From: Dimorphilus gyrociliatus
Taxonomy: Eukaryota > Animalia > Annelida
Direction of reading: 5' to 3'
DNA: 64,000 bases
NCBI GenBank assembly: GCA_904063045.1
Contig: CAJFCJ010000005.1
Location: forward strand, 1,627,988 to 1,691,987
How positions within the stretch are numbered: position 1 is the stretch's first letter; each line of letters starts with the position of its first letter. Below are positions 13,401 to 43,969 of this stretch, one piece after another. Below the pieces are notes generated by a model. That model did no database searches. It was not told where the DNA came from and saw only the letters and a list, made by a program, of their open reading frames with translations. The translations under genes and the position numbers were made by a program.

Positions 13401-14442
13401 ACCATTAATAGTTTTAATTGTGTCATTCTCGTAAAATTCTATATCAATAATAAGGATTTCATTCATAAACGCTCTTTTAATAAATGCGTAAAGTCCTTCA
13501 GCATCTATATCATTTATCGCTACAAATTTTTTCCAGGAAAACGTCATCATAAGTGAAAATGCCATTTCCTCCGAAAAGAGTGGGTAAGGTTTCATCTAGT
13601 GATTAATTAGAAACTTTTTATTAGTTATTAATTTTAATACTATGCATATATTACTACTTTAACGAGATAGAAATATTCGTAATGTTTCTCGTATAGAGCT
13701 AATTCATCGTCGAATGATGATATTTGAACTACATCTAAATTACGTATGAGTGGATATGTATATTTAACTAGTGAACCATTATTGGGGCCAATAATTATTG
13801 AAGATCCAGTAGATAATAAACGACAAACTATCGTTATAAAAGAAAATGATGACAAGATCATTATTTTCTTATTATCATTCTTATATTTAAACCTGCAAGT
13901 TGAACGTCGGAAATGGGATGACTATTGACCTCTTCGAATATTAATCGAACGTAAACTTTTCTAGTTGTAACAATTGAATGAATACGACAAACTCCCGATC
14001 TATAAGCATTTTTTATCAGTTCTAAATCCTCATGTAAATCTTTCAACAATACAATTCCTAAATGTGATATCATAGTTAATTAAAGACCCTAATAGATTGA
14101 AAATGAATGAGAACCAATTGTAAAATTGATACTAGTCTGTTCAATATTCTTGCAGAATATAATATCGTCATCTTTCAGGAAAGGTCTAGCATCAGGTTTA
14201 GCAACTTCTGTACAAAAATTCCACCACCAAGGTTTACTGCAATCTTCTGCAAAGTATTAAAAAGTTAATGAAGAGTATGTAGTATGTTATTTTCTTTTTT
14301 TTTTAAAAAGAAAAAATAAACTTTTCATAAATGATGCACAAGTTTTATTTTGATCATTGCAGCTTAAAGAGTACTTAGTCTCTCCTTTTATAACATTCAA
14401 ACAAATAAATAAGAACAGTATGAATAATCTATAAAAAATCAT
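10408..14442 (-). CDS. Highly divergent ionotropic glutamate receptor / IR-like channel with amino-terminal domain
   Basis: Signal peptide MIFYRLFILFLFICLNVIKG; ANF/ATD-like exons (IIGPNNGS, FSWKKFVAI, LEEAYFRGLFTPGYVWV); S1 (EGYVRYI, EVDLTINGLY); M1 LPFTNSLWLTI; pore HWYFVISSVFGR; M3 SWWLFSWLLMFLYFQNLICYL; S2 (LGWLFRRDFPF..WIKNPC); M4 and cytoplasmic tail. Confidence 0.8.
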
Positions 14443-14534
14443 CGATATCTTTCAAATTGTACTCTTCCTTTGCGTTACGTTCAATAAGGTATTTCAAAAT
14501 TGGAATACAACTATCGAAACGTTTATTTATGAAT

Positions 14535-15888
14535 TTATAACAGTGAATAATGAGAACTTGAATGTGACGTTTTAGTAAAGCGTCTACTCTTTTTACTTTG
14601 TTTCTTTAATTCTTTTAGAGTTTTTGATAGATTTCGAATAAAATTCTTTATCTTTTTAAAAACAGAACGTATAATTAATTAAACAATAGATTTTCATTGT
14701 TCGATTTATAACGCCTTACTCTTATTATCTGATCACTGATATCTTTTGTCATTGGTGGAGGATGTTTCTGAAATTCTCTCGTCATAAAGTATAGATTGCT
14801 TATAGATCTGTTTAATATGCAAATTAGTTAATTATCTATTCATAAATTTGTAGTATTTACAATTTTATTTGTCCAATTAATAATTGTTTCTGTTGTATTG
14901 ATTTAATTCGATGCTCTTTCAAATAATCTTGTCTAAGAGCTTCGTGTCTTGCCTTTTCCATATTCAACTGCAAAGCTGCAGCGTGGTTATTGTAATCTAA
15001 AATTTCATTTTCAGTTTTCTTTTTATGAGGATATTTGCTTAGTTTATCATCAGATTAGACTTTAGCTAAAAAATTACCTGAATTTGACGAAGATTCTCTT
15101 CTCTCTTCTCAGCTTCTTCTCTCTGACATTGCAGTTCTCTTTTCATCAAATCCTTAAGTAGATTAAGTAGATTATATCTATCAGTTCTATTAATTTATGT
15201 AAAAGAGACACAATACTTTATGAGTAGCTTTTAAACTATAATATCTATTCATCATATCGTCTATACTATCGAAATTTTCCGATTGATTAGCAACTTCTTG
15301 TAGGAAAGTTTCATAAATCTTATGGTCAGCAATGAGATTATCTACATGACAAATTTGATTCAAAAGGTCTAATGCCCTATTTTGTAAACTTAAAAAGGTA
15401 GAATGTAATAATTTTCTTATTAATTTATTATAATTAGAAAACCTGTCTAATTTTTGTTTTTTAATTTTCATTTGCTCTTTCTCTATTGAACTTTTTAGCT
15501 TCTCCTTTTCAATTTTCTGTTGATTATCCTATTGTTTTTTTTTTGTGAAAAGACGATATTATAATAGAAATACTACTAATGTCAAATAGCTAATATAACT
15601 TTAAGTAATTTATTATATTTCGCTATATATTGTTGAAGCTCGGACTCTTTTTTTTCAATATCTTTCTTTTTTCTATCTAATTCATCCATGGTTAAATTAT
15701 ATTTCTGTTTTACGAGCAAGAGGAAAGATAGAAGGATTAAGATAGACGACAATGATAACTTGAGAAAACAAGAGAGTTACTTTTTTTTCATCTTCTAAAA
15801 TTGAATCGAATAATTTAATATCCCGTCTTGTATTTAATAGTTTCTGTGCATGCGTAATCATATTTATGCTTGTTTCGTCTGCCTCCAT
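14535..15888 (-). CDS. CCDC42: Coiled-coil protein of the CCDC42/CFAP73 (DUF4200) family
   Basis: QKLLNTRRDIK, YETFLQEVANQSENFDSIDDMMNRYYSLKATH, LDYNNHAAALQ, ISNLY..DQIIRIKNFIRNL match the family pattern; short GT-AG introns. CCDC42 versus CFAP73 not resolved. Confidence 0.72.
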
Positions 15889-15999
15889 TGTTCAATTTCT
15901 TTCTCACAATATATAAATATGTTTAGATTTAAAATTTTAAAATATCAATTTCGGCCTATAAAAGTGTATTGAAATTATTACTTTATAGTAATAGGAACG

Positions 16000-20094
<4,095 letters not shown>

Positions 20095-20518
20095 GACCTA
20101 TAAAAAAAATCGTTCACTTAAGAGACTTTAAACCCCTGCAGATTTAAATTACACCATGCACTTTGTTCACTAAGAACTAAATTACAATTAAATCCTATAA
20201 TTTAAGTTAAAAAGTCTAAAATAAATTAAAAAAGTAATATTCTATTTTCTCTAAATCTTTATAGTTTAAAGTAATAACATTAATAAATTATTATTAAACA
20301 TTACCACGGCAGTTTTTTCGAGCGATAACTTTCAAGACAGCTGACTCGTTACATGTGTGAAGGAGGGAGAAAGGAAATATACGATTTTCGTAGATAGTAT
20401 ATGTCACATTTTAATCATTAATAACGAACTAGTGAGCCTAATTTTAAAATTACGTAACAGGAATGGCATATGGAAATTTTTAACTAAGAAAAAATACGAA
20501 ACCTTCTAATGTCCTTTT

Positions 20519-20536
20519 TCAAGGTCAAGGTGACCC
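20519..20536 (+). promoter_or_regulatory. Nuclear receptor element: TCAAGGTCA (ERR half-site) extending into AGGTCA-agg-TGACCC (IR3/ERE-like)
   Basis: Sequence tcaaggtcaaggtgaccc between the divergent GART and enolase starts; motif match only. Confidence 0.4.
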
Positions 20537-20934
20537 CGCCGACAAACTAATAAATAGGGAGTCCATTCTCATTCGTTCGCTCGCAGAATTCAAACGTAAG
20601 TAATTTAAATTTAAACAATCTAGATGAAAATGCTTTGAATGGTTAAGTGCTTTATTATTGTCATGTAACCTATTTAGTCATGTTAATGTTCTTCTTAGAA
20701 CAGCAACACGACTTATGATAATCAGTAACCCTGGAATAACCTTGAAAATTCAACCGTTCTTAAGATTGTCGAAGAGTCTTTTATTGCGTATGCTGCTTAT
20801 TTTTTTTTTAGAAATTCAGCTGTTAATTAAAAATACTATGCTTAATGGTGTAATACATAGACGAATGACTTAGATATCGGACGAATGAAATTAATCAATT
20901 CAAATTCTTTTCTATATCCCATACAGATAGAAAT

Positions 20935-22369
<1,435 letters not shown>

Positions 22370-22855
22370 AGCTTCAACTAGTAAATGAACTATACAGCAT
22401 AGAAATTATATGCTTTAGCTTAGAATGAATGTCGTTCTTGGCGAAACGAATGAGTAATAAACTTTTCCAATTTGACCTTAGCCTAAAATATAATGCTTGT
22501 GTTTTCTTCCCAAAGTTCATGAATTACGTACAACAGAGTTACTCCACGTAAAACGTTTTCTAAATATTATACAGTAAAATAAATCGATCATCTTGTCCTT
22601 TCTTTTCTCAAAGAATATTTGAAGGTCATGGGACATTTATTAATATCACTTCAGTTGTCACTTCATTTGAAGTTCGTAGTCACTTACGATTATGTTGATT
22701 TATTAAAAATTACATCAGTAGATAACAAAATGGTTATGAAAATAGTCATTTTAAAAGTTAATTATATAACTTTTATGTTGTAGGTATACTGACTAAATAA
22801 TTGTACAAATTTGTACACAAATGTAATTAAGAAGCGCAATATCTTAAATCAACTA

Positions 22856-35488
<12,633 letters not shown>

Positions 35489-36915
35489 TTTATTGAAAAT
35501 AGAGAAACATAACGTATGACGATAAACGACGATAATAATTTTCTTCAATTTTCTTGTTTAATTTCCGTTATTTTTGATAACAAATGGGCGGAAATAGCAA
35601 AAATTTCATGGAAAAAGCCAGAGAAAACTGGTAATGGAAGTAATCTTTCGTTTATAGAAGGCGCGAAAGATAATATCGATGAAAAGGAATAGGAATACCA
35701 TTGATATTATCAACAAAGAGTATAATGAAATTTAGCTTATTTGCGAGATAAGTTCAATAATTCAAAAGATATCGTGTTGTGTAACAATATAGGATATGTT
35801 GGTGTAAAAGAAGAGCAGACAGTCTTTCAATTGGCCAAATATGAAGTAAAACTATATAAAATAGATAATGAAATAGCTAAAATTCTCACAGGTATAGCTG
35901 AAATTAATCAACTTTGATCAGAGAAATTGCGTTTAGTAAATATTAAAGAGTCGTTTGATCTGACCTGGTGATTCTTTCCACTATAATAAGTCTAATAGAG
36001 GTCTACAATTTCATAAACGAATGATACAATTATTTTAGGATCTCTTTCTTTTCTATGAGTTACTTATTATTCTATACAAAGAAAAGACAGAGCAGTCGTT
36101 TATATTCTAGAGACATATAAGTGAAGGAAAACTATTAATATAGCTATCTTTATCGATTAGGACGCCTCTTTATGTCCTTTCTACAACCGCTGAACGAGAT
36201 CTTAGGAATATCGAATAAGGGAGGCATCAGAATTAGAAATTGTTGGACTGTTGTTTTTCTTTATCTAACAAAGTATTCATTTTATAATTTTTTATGTTAA
36301 TTAGGAAATAATTAGTCACAATCGTATTAATTTCTTGTGAAAAAATATTCTTAATGCTAATTCCCCCCTTAGCAGCTTAGCATTTTCGACAAATCTGTAA
36401 TAGGGCAACTCACAATACAACTCACTTCGTTACCAAGACGCCTTAAGCTTACAAGAAAAAGATAAATAGAAAGATATTAATATCGGCAGTTGTTGCATTC
36501 GTATGTTATGGAGGGTATAGGAAATGTGAAGAGACGCCTACTTTCTCTTTATTCCTAGAAAGAAAGTTAATAAGAAAATAAAGTGCTTTTCTATTATAAA
36601 TACAATTTTTATAAACTATATGCTCAATATAAAGGAATGAGGTTTGACCGGAAAGACAGGGCAAGTAAACATAGGAAAATTAGTTTCGTCAAATATTTAT
36701 TAACTTTATACAGTTAGTATTTGATCACGTGGTCTCGTCTTAAAGGGGAGAGGGTAAAAAATTTCCAATTCCCAATTCCCTTCCGTAATCTAGTTATATT
36801 GTCGTCGAATGACAATGAACACATCAGTATGATTTATAGTTTTATCGGAAAAAAAACAAGTCACGGAACGAGGATTGTCTTTCATTAAAAACAAAAAAGG
36901 AGAGAAGTAAAGCAT

Positions 36916-38515
36916 TCACATAATCGTAACTCCCTCGATGGGCTCGACGTATTCAATCGGATCGTTGAGCACGGAAGAGACGCTCTCCACTCTCGTATAA
37001 GTCCTACACTTATTTGTAGTTTCTTCTCCCTGAATTTTCTTGCCACAAATGCAGTAAACCAAACAGGCTGCAGCAACTATTCCAGCGCCAACCGTTAAAA
37101 GCGTCGCTCCGAATATCCACGCGTAAAACGACGTTTGACGTTCGCCTATTTCACTTCCTCTCTAGCATTAGACAGAAAAAAAGGAAGTTTATACACACGT
37201 AAAACTGCAATAAAGGCGTTAAAAAGCAGTCGAGATTCGATAATGAGTTTTTCTTTTTCATATAATTTTTTTATGATTAAAAAAAGAGAAAGAAATACGC
37301 ATTTAATGTAAATAAATACAGACGCCATTTATCGAATAGCGAGCGGAAAGCGTCCTTTGGGAAACACTCTAAAATAAATCGATTTTTACCTTTATTGTAT
37401 CATACAATAATCTATCGTATGTTCCAGAGGATCTTCGGCAATGGGGTGGAAGGCAAAATGGACGCGCAGGTGATGTTTTTGTTAAAGACCTTCTAGTTGG
37501 TAGAGGAATATCCGCTGAGGCAGTGGGCAAATGTTTGTGTAGTAAGGCCGGATGAAATTGTTGGACGTCTTGGCTAGTTTCATTTAGTGGAACTAAAAAA
37601 AAAATCAAAAGCGTCTAAACGTCAGTTGAAGAAATTCATCAAGTCAGGCGTCGAATCATGCGATTGCAAACACGTCTTCCGCATTTCGAATTAACTTCGT
37701 TTAAACATGCGAATGACGCAAAGTGCACGAATATAAAGGGAAGTATTACTAGACGCTTCTTTTTGATATCTACTAAAGGGAAGCGAAAGAAACGCCCATA
37801 AATATAAATCGAACGAATTCATCATTTACTTACGCACAAACAATCGCACAAAGCTTATATTTGGCTCTGAACATCAATCGTAAAAAGCCACAGCTGGCAC
37901 GAAAACGTTCTCGGCAGCGCAAAAGGTGCGGTGTGATCGGAATATATAATATTAGAGGCCTTTTATATACATTAAACGATTTTCTCTAGGCACAAAAGAA
38001 GCCGAACAGTCTCATTCGATAGGGATAAACTTGACAGATGGCATTTTTCTTCCGACCAGCTAAAAGGCGTATTATCCTCAGGCTATATTATATAAAAATA
38101 TAAGTCTATACTTTTTTCGACAATCGCTCTCTCTCTCGCTCTCTTCTATTGATTCGTAAATATTAGAAGATCTTTGGATTATCTCTACATAGACCTACTA
38201 TAGGCTCTTGGCTATCATTCCTATTGTCCTGTCGTAAGCGTCTATATAATTCATGACTTCAGCCCGGTCGGTTCCGGTTATCCGAGCATGAAATTAAGGA
38301 AAATTCGAAATAATAAAAAAATATCTTTATTGAAAAAAAAAAGAATTAAAAAAAAATAACATAAAAATCCAGAATTATATAGGATTATGATGGGACAGTA
38401 AAGATAAAAGAGCAGCCTTACGGGAGGATTGACAGCGAGTGTAGGTTGGTAAATATATCCAGATTATCTTTGTCCAAAATATTACGGCCGAAAATATCCA
38501 ATCGTTTTCCGTCAT
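36916..38515 (-). CDS. Uncharacterised 180-aa single-pass (type I) membrane protein, 3 exons (38515-38422, 37592-37390, 37161-36916)
   Basis: Phase-consistent GT-AG splicing (94+203+246 nt). Hydrophobic leader MTENDWIFSAVIFWTKIIWIYLPTYTRC, Pro/Thr/Ser-rich ectodomain, TM WIFGATLLTVGAGIVAAACLVYCIC followed by GKK, tail ending IEYVEPIEGVTIM. Confidence 0.6.
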
Positions 38516-38604
38516 TTTAGATAGACGCTCTGTCTTGGGCGTTTTAAGTTCGAAAGCGGAGATCTTCTCCTCGGCGTTTTCGTTTTTATTTGAAGTGAGG
38601 TTGA

Positions 38605-38617
38605 TGCCATCTAGCGG
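38605..38617 (-). promoter_or_regulatory. CTCF-like motif
   Basis: Minus strand CCGCTAGATGGCA matches the CTCF core CC(G/A)CNAG(A/G)(T/G)GGC; about 90 nt upstream of the orphan TM gene ATG, next to a GC box (ccccgccccgcc). Confidence 0.5.
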
Positions 38618-39814
38618 ACAATTTTGACCAACCCTCTTCCAACCCCCGCCCCGCCGTAGCCTTTCTTCTTTAAACTTTTAAGCCATCTGACAAAGCTTGA
38701 CGTCTTTACTGAAGATCATAAGTTGTTTCAGCCTACGCTACGTAACGATCTTCTTTTTCTCTTATCAAAATAGTTAACATAAGCATTGCCATACAAGAAC
38801 ATTTTTTTTTATTAAAGACAGTCTGTGAGAATCACATCACTAGAATTAACTCCCTCCCAAATGATAAACACAGGTTGTTAAAAGTGAGGATGATTAGACG
38901 TATGGAAAAATACAAGGAAATGTCTCATTGATTTTTTTCTCGAAGGAAAGGAAAATAGAAGCTAATAAAAATACGGTGTATGTAAAGCTTTGCATTGACA
39001 AAGACAGTAGCAATGGATGCGACGCTGTCGGTAATTTTTTCCTCTATAGGCCTATTGTGAAATAACCTCTCTTATTCTCTTTTAGTGTTTAGGAAAAAAT
39101 TATAGGCCTATTGTTGATATGGGGAGTGAGAATGCACCCCATGGAGCAAGATATTTATTATGTAGTAGTTTATCACTATAACGTAAAGTAAGAAGGGTAT
39201 AAATTAGGATTTAATAAACGCGTTTGCAATATATATTCTGAATATGACATTCATTTAAGCATCATTCCACTTTATCTTAATGTTCCTTATTTTCCAATAA
39301 AAAATTAAAAAAAAAGCGCGCTAGTTTTGCAAAACTGGTTCCCATTTCCAATTTTTTTATTAACAAGTGCATAGGCGACGCAAGTAACATTTGGGGTAAA
39401 ACAAATGGTAAAAATTCAATAATACATTAGGAGGTTTGGAGCTTAAAGATGTTTATTGATTGGTAGTACTACTTCATTTTCTTACTAGATTTCAAATGAA
39501 ATATCAATTAAATGCCCGTTTGAAAAAGATTTATCATCGCTTCAGATTCGTTGGTGTAATGTCGGATTCAAATTTTGGGATAGAATTTGACTACTCGATA
39601 AATTACAATCTTTCATCATTCGACATCAAGTCGTATTAGTCGAGAATATTCTCTTAAAGATTACCGTAATACTAAAGAGATACTTGTGGAATCTTCGAAT
39701 TGACCACATAAGGATAAACCATTGTATCTGGATCTCGTTAACTCTCATAAAAGGAGGACAACCATAGTTCCGACGCTCACTTCCTCCAAATCATAGATCG
39801 AACCGAACGACATA

Positions 39815-41034
39815 ATGGAGAATACTAGTGGAGGAATTCTAAAGAAAATCAGGCATGAAAGATACAAAGTAGGAAAAGTAATATTTTCAGCAGCTGCTCA
39901 CTTGGTTTGCTATTTTTGTTTAGGTGTAACACTTTTTTTCTATCCTAATCACAATTCTACGTAACTACGCCTATTTCTTTAAAAAATAGCAACTCTGCTG
40001 TATTCATTCTGCATCTATTCACCATCTGACAACTATTGTGAAAGTACTCGAAGCGAAGGCCCATTTGATGGAACTTGCTACCATGAAAATCTTGTAACAG
40101 CAGTTCGGCCAATAACGACGTTTTTCTCCTGCGGTAAGTTCTCATTAATATTGTAAACTATATACAATATATATAATATTTTGAAAATTGAATATTAACA
40201 AGATAATAGATAACATTAATAATTCATTTAATTGTATTTCAGTCTTAATGTTTTTTTCTTATATTATCATTTTGATGGAGGCCTACTTTTGCGAAACAAA
40301 TTCGTTTCTAACAAACATTATTACGCAAGATGTAGCCATGGAATATACAAATCAGCTTGTGAAAAGCAACATTATTCTCTCTTTGAAAGTAGTTTGTACT
40401 ACAGTCAGGAATATATCAAAGAGGTTAAATCAATATTAAGTTTTCATCTTTTCAAATCATGTCTAACAAGTCTTGTTTTGTTTCTACTTTACAGAGTATT
40501 TTTAACGGTTGTAACCAGTCAAGAAATTATAGAATTTGACTACACAGCATGCCAAGATGAAACGAACGTCAAGGAATCTATTTTTCAGGGAAACTCTTGT
40601 CTTAGAGTATGCTTGAGACCCCATTAGAAGTTTTTCTATACTATTTAAGTTTTACTTGACAGCTCAGCTATAAATTGGCCTATTCTTTCCTCAATCCAGA
40701 ATTAAGCGATGCGTTTGATAAACTGAAGATAGATATTTATAACTCATTGAAAACCGATGATATAAATGTTGAAATTTTAGAAGTATAGTTATTTTTAATA
40801 CATTTTTGTCGTACAATAAATGATATACAAACTCACATTAAACAGGAACAACATATACCCGAGATGGCTGACAACGTACTAATATTACCTCCTTGCGAGA
40901 AAATTCGCAGTATCTATAGAAATTCAAACTACTTTTGGTTGTTTACTTTCCTGCTGTCTACGTGGGCTTATAGAATCATATTTAAGTATGTAACTGAGAG
41001 AAAGACAATTGAATTCATTAAGAAAGTATGCTAA
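39815..41034 (+). CDS. TMEM151: TMEM151-like transmembrane protein (divergent)
   Basis: FFSYIIILMEAYFCETNSFL..EYTNQL, IIEFDYTAC, RLSYKLAYSFLNPE, DDINVEILE, FWLFTFLLSTWAYRII..IEFIKK parallel the TMEM151 blocks YLVECWHC, AEFDY, LRFTKCFSF, DDY, FW..LLSWPLR. The first intron donor is uncertain. Confidence 0.68.
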
Positions 41035-41274
41035 GTAGGAGTTGTTTTTTGTTTTCTTCAAGTTCATTCCACCTTAAAATATCATATAATACACTTTATC
41101 TCGATAATGTAGGTTAAAAAGATTCAATTGTTAAAATACAAAATTTTAGAAATAAAATGCTGGTGTATTTGGATAAATGGCTATTTAAGATTGTACTAAA
41201 ACACAACACGTTAATTAACTGCCGAGTGCTCCACAATTAATAGCCACTATACATTCAAGTTTTGAAGATTCTGT

Positions 41275-41861
41275 TCATTTAGAAATTCCAATAACACCGC
41301 AAGCAACTCTGGCACCAGCATTTCCGGTAGTCTTGCTTAATTCGTGTCCTCCTTTTCCCAAGTCGTCGGGGTCAGCATGGACCTAAAGAAATTCGGTTTA
41401 ACAGATCATATTTTCAGGAGAAATTCTATACTTACTACTATGGTTCGACCAATAACAGATAGTGAACCAGTCAAATTAACCAAGCTATCGGTTATGTTCA
41501 CTTTAGCAACTCCTGAAGCGTCTGCTTCAACATTTCCTAAATCTCCAACGTGACGAACCTCATCTTCCGGTGCTCCATGTTCCTTGCCATGGGGATTGAA
41601 ATGAGCTCCTAATAACAAATAAAGAATTTTATTGTTAAAACTCTCTCTTCTTTTGCCAATTTACAGCTATCTACCTGCACTGGTACAACCGTTTGTGTTG
41701 TCACCAAACTCATGAACATGGAAGCCGTGCTTTCCTGGGGTTAAGCCTGTAATTTCACCGGTTACGGTAACAGGTCCATCGGCTTTTGCCTGTTCGAAGG
41801 AGACGGTTCCTTTAACTCCTGCAGTCCCGCTTAAAACGCATACGGCTTTTATTACAGACAT
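41275..41861 (-). CDS. SOD1: Cu/Zn superoxide dismutase, cytosolic (3 exons)
   Basis: [57 protein letters not shown]. Confidence 0.97.
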
Positions 41862-42085
41862 TATTCTTTTTTTCTACACGTAACGTTATTTCCAAAATGC
41901 GGGTCAAGAATTGAAACTTAGGGCCGTGTGCAATAAATGTTATGATACATTTCGTTCGTAATATTTTGTAATCTTTCATTTTTAAATACAATATAAAATG
42001 TACTATTAAATCTGTCATATTTATGAATATTACGCAAGAATTCGAAAACAACCTGTCATTAAAGTGGATCTTTAAATCGCGCGAA

Positions 42086-43754
42086 ATGAATATCTCTCTA
42101 TTGATGAACTTACCTCTCAATGACGAAAACTATCAATCATTAACCACTTCAAGATCAATAAAACATAATGAAATAAATTTTAAAATTTCTTGGGGTAGAG
42201 GTCATCACATAGTAGTTTTCCGTGAAAAAGAATTTTTTATTGTGAGCGATAATACATTGAATCATTACCTTGTTTAGTTTCTTATTTATTTTCAGATAGT
42301 CTTGACCTTTAAAGGTATACCATACAACTCAATTGCAGTTGTTAATGACTACAAATTAATTTGTCTTCTTGCCGATGAAACTCTCTGCTTGATTGAATTG
42401 CCTGATTTTTCAACTCTTTCCAAGTAAGGAAACAATATTTTCATCTTTTGCAAAGTTATAGTATAAACCCTTTTTTTTCAGCAAAGCACCTTGTAAAAAG
42501 TGCATATGTAGTTCTAGTTTGGAAGCAAGTGATTTGGGAAAACAAAGGAATGCAATTAATATGACATGTAATTCTCATGGAAAGCAATTTCTCGTGTTTC
42601 TTCTACTATCAGATAAGGAAATTGCCTTGAAATGTTTTACACTTTTGTTCGACAACGATGAATATACGTCTTTATCTTTGTTATACAAAATCCCAAGGAC
42701 TACTTCATCGATAGCAAACATAAGGGGAACTCCATTTACAGTTGTTTTCAGACAAACACTAAATGAAAATTTAGCCAAGCAAATAGTTCCCGAAAGCAGT
42801 AAATGCGAAGAATCTTTATGTTTGTACAGCTATCATAATGGCGTAATTACTGTAAATGAGAGTATTCATAAAAAGGAAGATATTTTACATTTTTTAAATC
42901 AAGATTGCATTGCGATAATTACGCTAGATTTAAAATCTCGTGGAGACTGCTTGGTGTTAATTGGAAATGAGGGAAAAGTTGTTTATTTAACGTGTGAGAA
43001 AAATAGTTTAATGGATAGGACTTTTTTTATACCTGGGCCTATTTTATGTTGTGATTTTCAAGAATATTGGCTTTTCTATTCAAATCACGAAAGATTGTAT
43101 AAGGTAAATCTGCTAAGGCAGTTAAACGAACATTATACGCCTTTTGATATAGAATATATTTCATTTTATGGTATACGACGATTGCATATCGTAAAAGTAT
43201 CAGGAGAATCAACTATTATATGCGTTCATAATTCCATGGGTAATATTTATAAACTTGAGATTAACAAGTGGGATCGCTGTGAGCCTTCTGATATATCAGC
43301 CCTTTTAAATTCGAATAAAAATTTCCAAGACCAAACTGACTTTTATTTAGAGCAATTAGATCAACAAAATAGCATTATCCGCAATTTAACTCTCTGTTAT
43401 AATTGCTCCAAGAAAAATATTAAAATTACCCTAAATAAGCAAGAAATTGAAAGTGAGAAAAGTGTTTGCATTTCTGTAATAAATAATAACTTTCTGGACT
43501 CGTGGTTTGTAGTCTGTACATTGAAATCTCTGCAGGAACGGTACGAAATTCAAAAATTAAGAAAAGCTTCCTCAAATGTTAAATTTTATTTTGATAAAGC
43601 TACTATTAATGAAATAAAGCCATATAAGATAAATATAATGTTTTTTTTCAACGATTCAAAAGGTATGGCTTCATTTTCAACAGATAATTTTAGCGATAAT
43701 GACGATAAAGATGATGAAAATGGTGTTGATGAAGAAAATTCTCGAATTAAATAA
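42086..43754 (+). CDS. FAAP100: Fanconi anemia core complex-associated protein 100-like (divergent; C-terminus uncertain)
   Basis: LHFLNQDCIAI..GDCLVLIGNEGKVVYL..RTFFIPGPILCC resembles the FAAP100 block LHHLEEPVIFI..DCLVAFGHHGRM..REYCLPGPVLC (recalled). Two small 5' introns. A donor at about 43662 and an acceptor at about 43788 leave the 3' end ambiguous. Confidence 0.6.
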
Positions 43755-43969
43755 GTGTTATGGAGCTATTGCATGTTTTTTTTTATCAGATCTGAACCTT
43801 TATTTCACAAAATCAACGACAAATATAATTTTATTAGAATACATGATATTATACAGAATAATGATTTATATTCATATACATTTTCTTTAAAATGATATTA
43901 TATGCTTACGTACAGTATATGCAAATGTATTTACACATTTTTTATCTAAGATAATATAAGATATATTAT

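Noticed and set aside
35518-36290. Possible small plus-strand gene divergent from FRY (MTINDDNNF..., YLRDKFNNSKDIVLC...)
   Set aside because: No phase-consistent model without introns under 30 nt or internal stops; no homology recognised.
40440-40627. VTSQEIIEFDYTAC initially suggested CDC50/TMEM30A
   Set aside because: Flanking exons fit TMEM151 blocks in order; CDC50 motifs (YQNHRRY, WMR) are absent.
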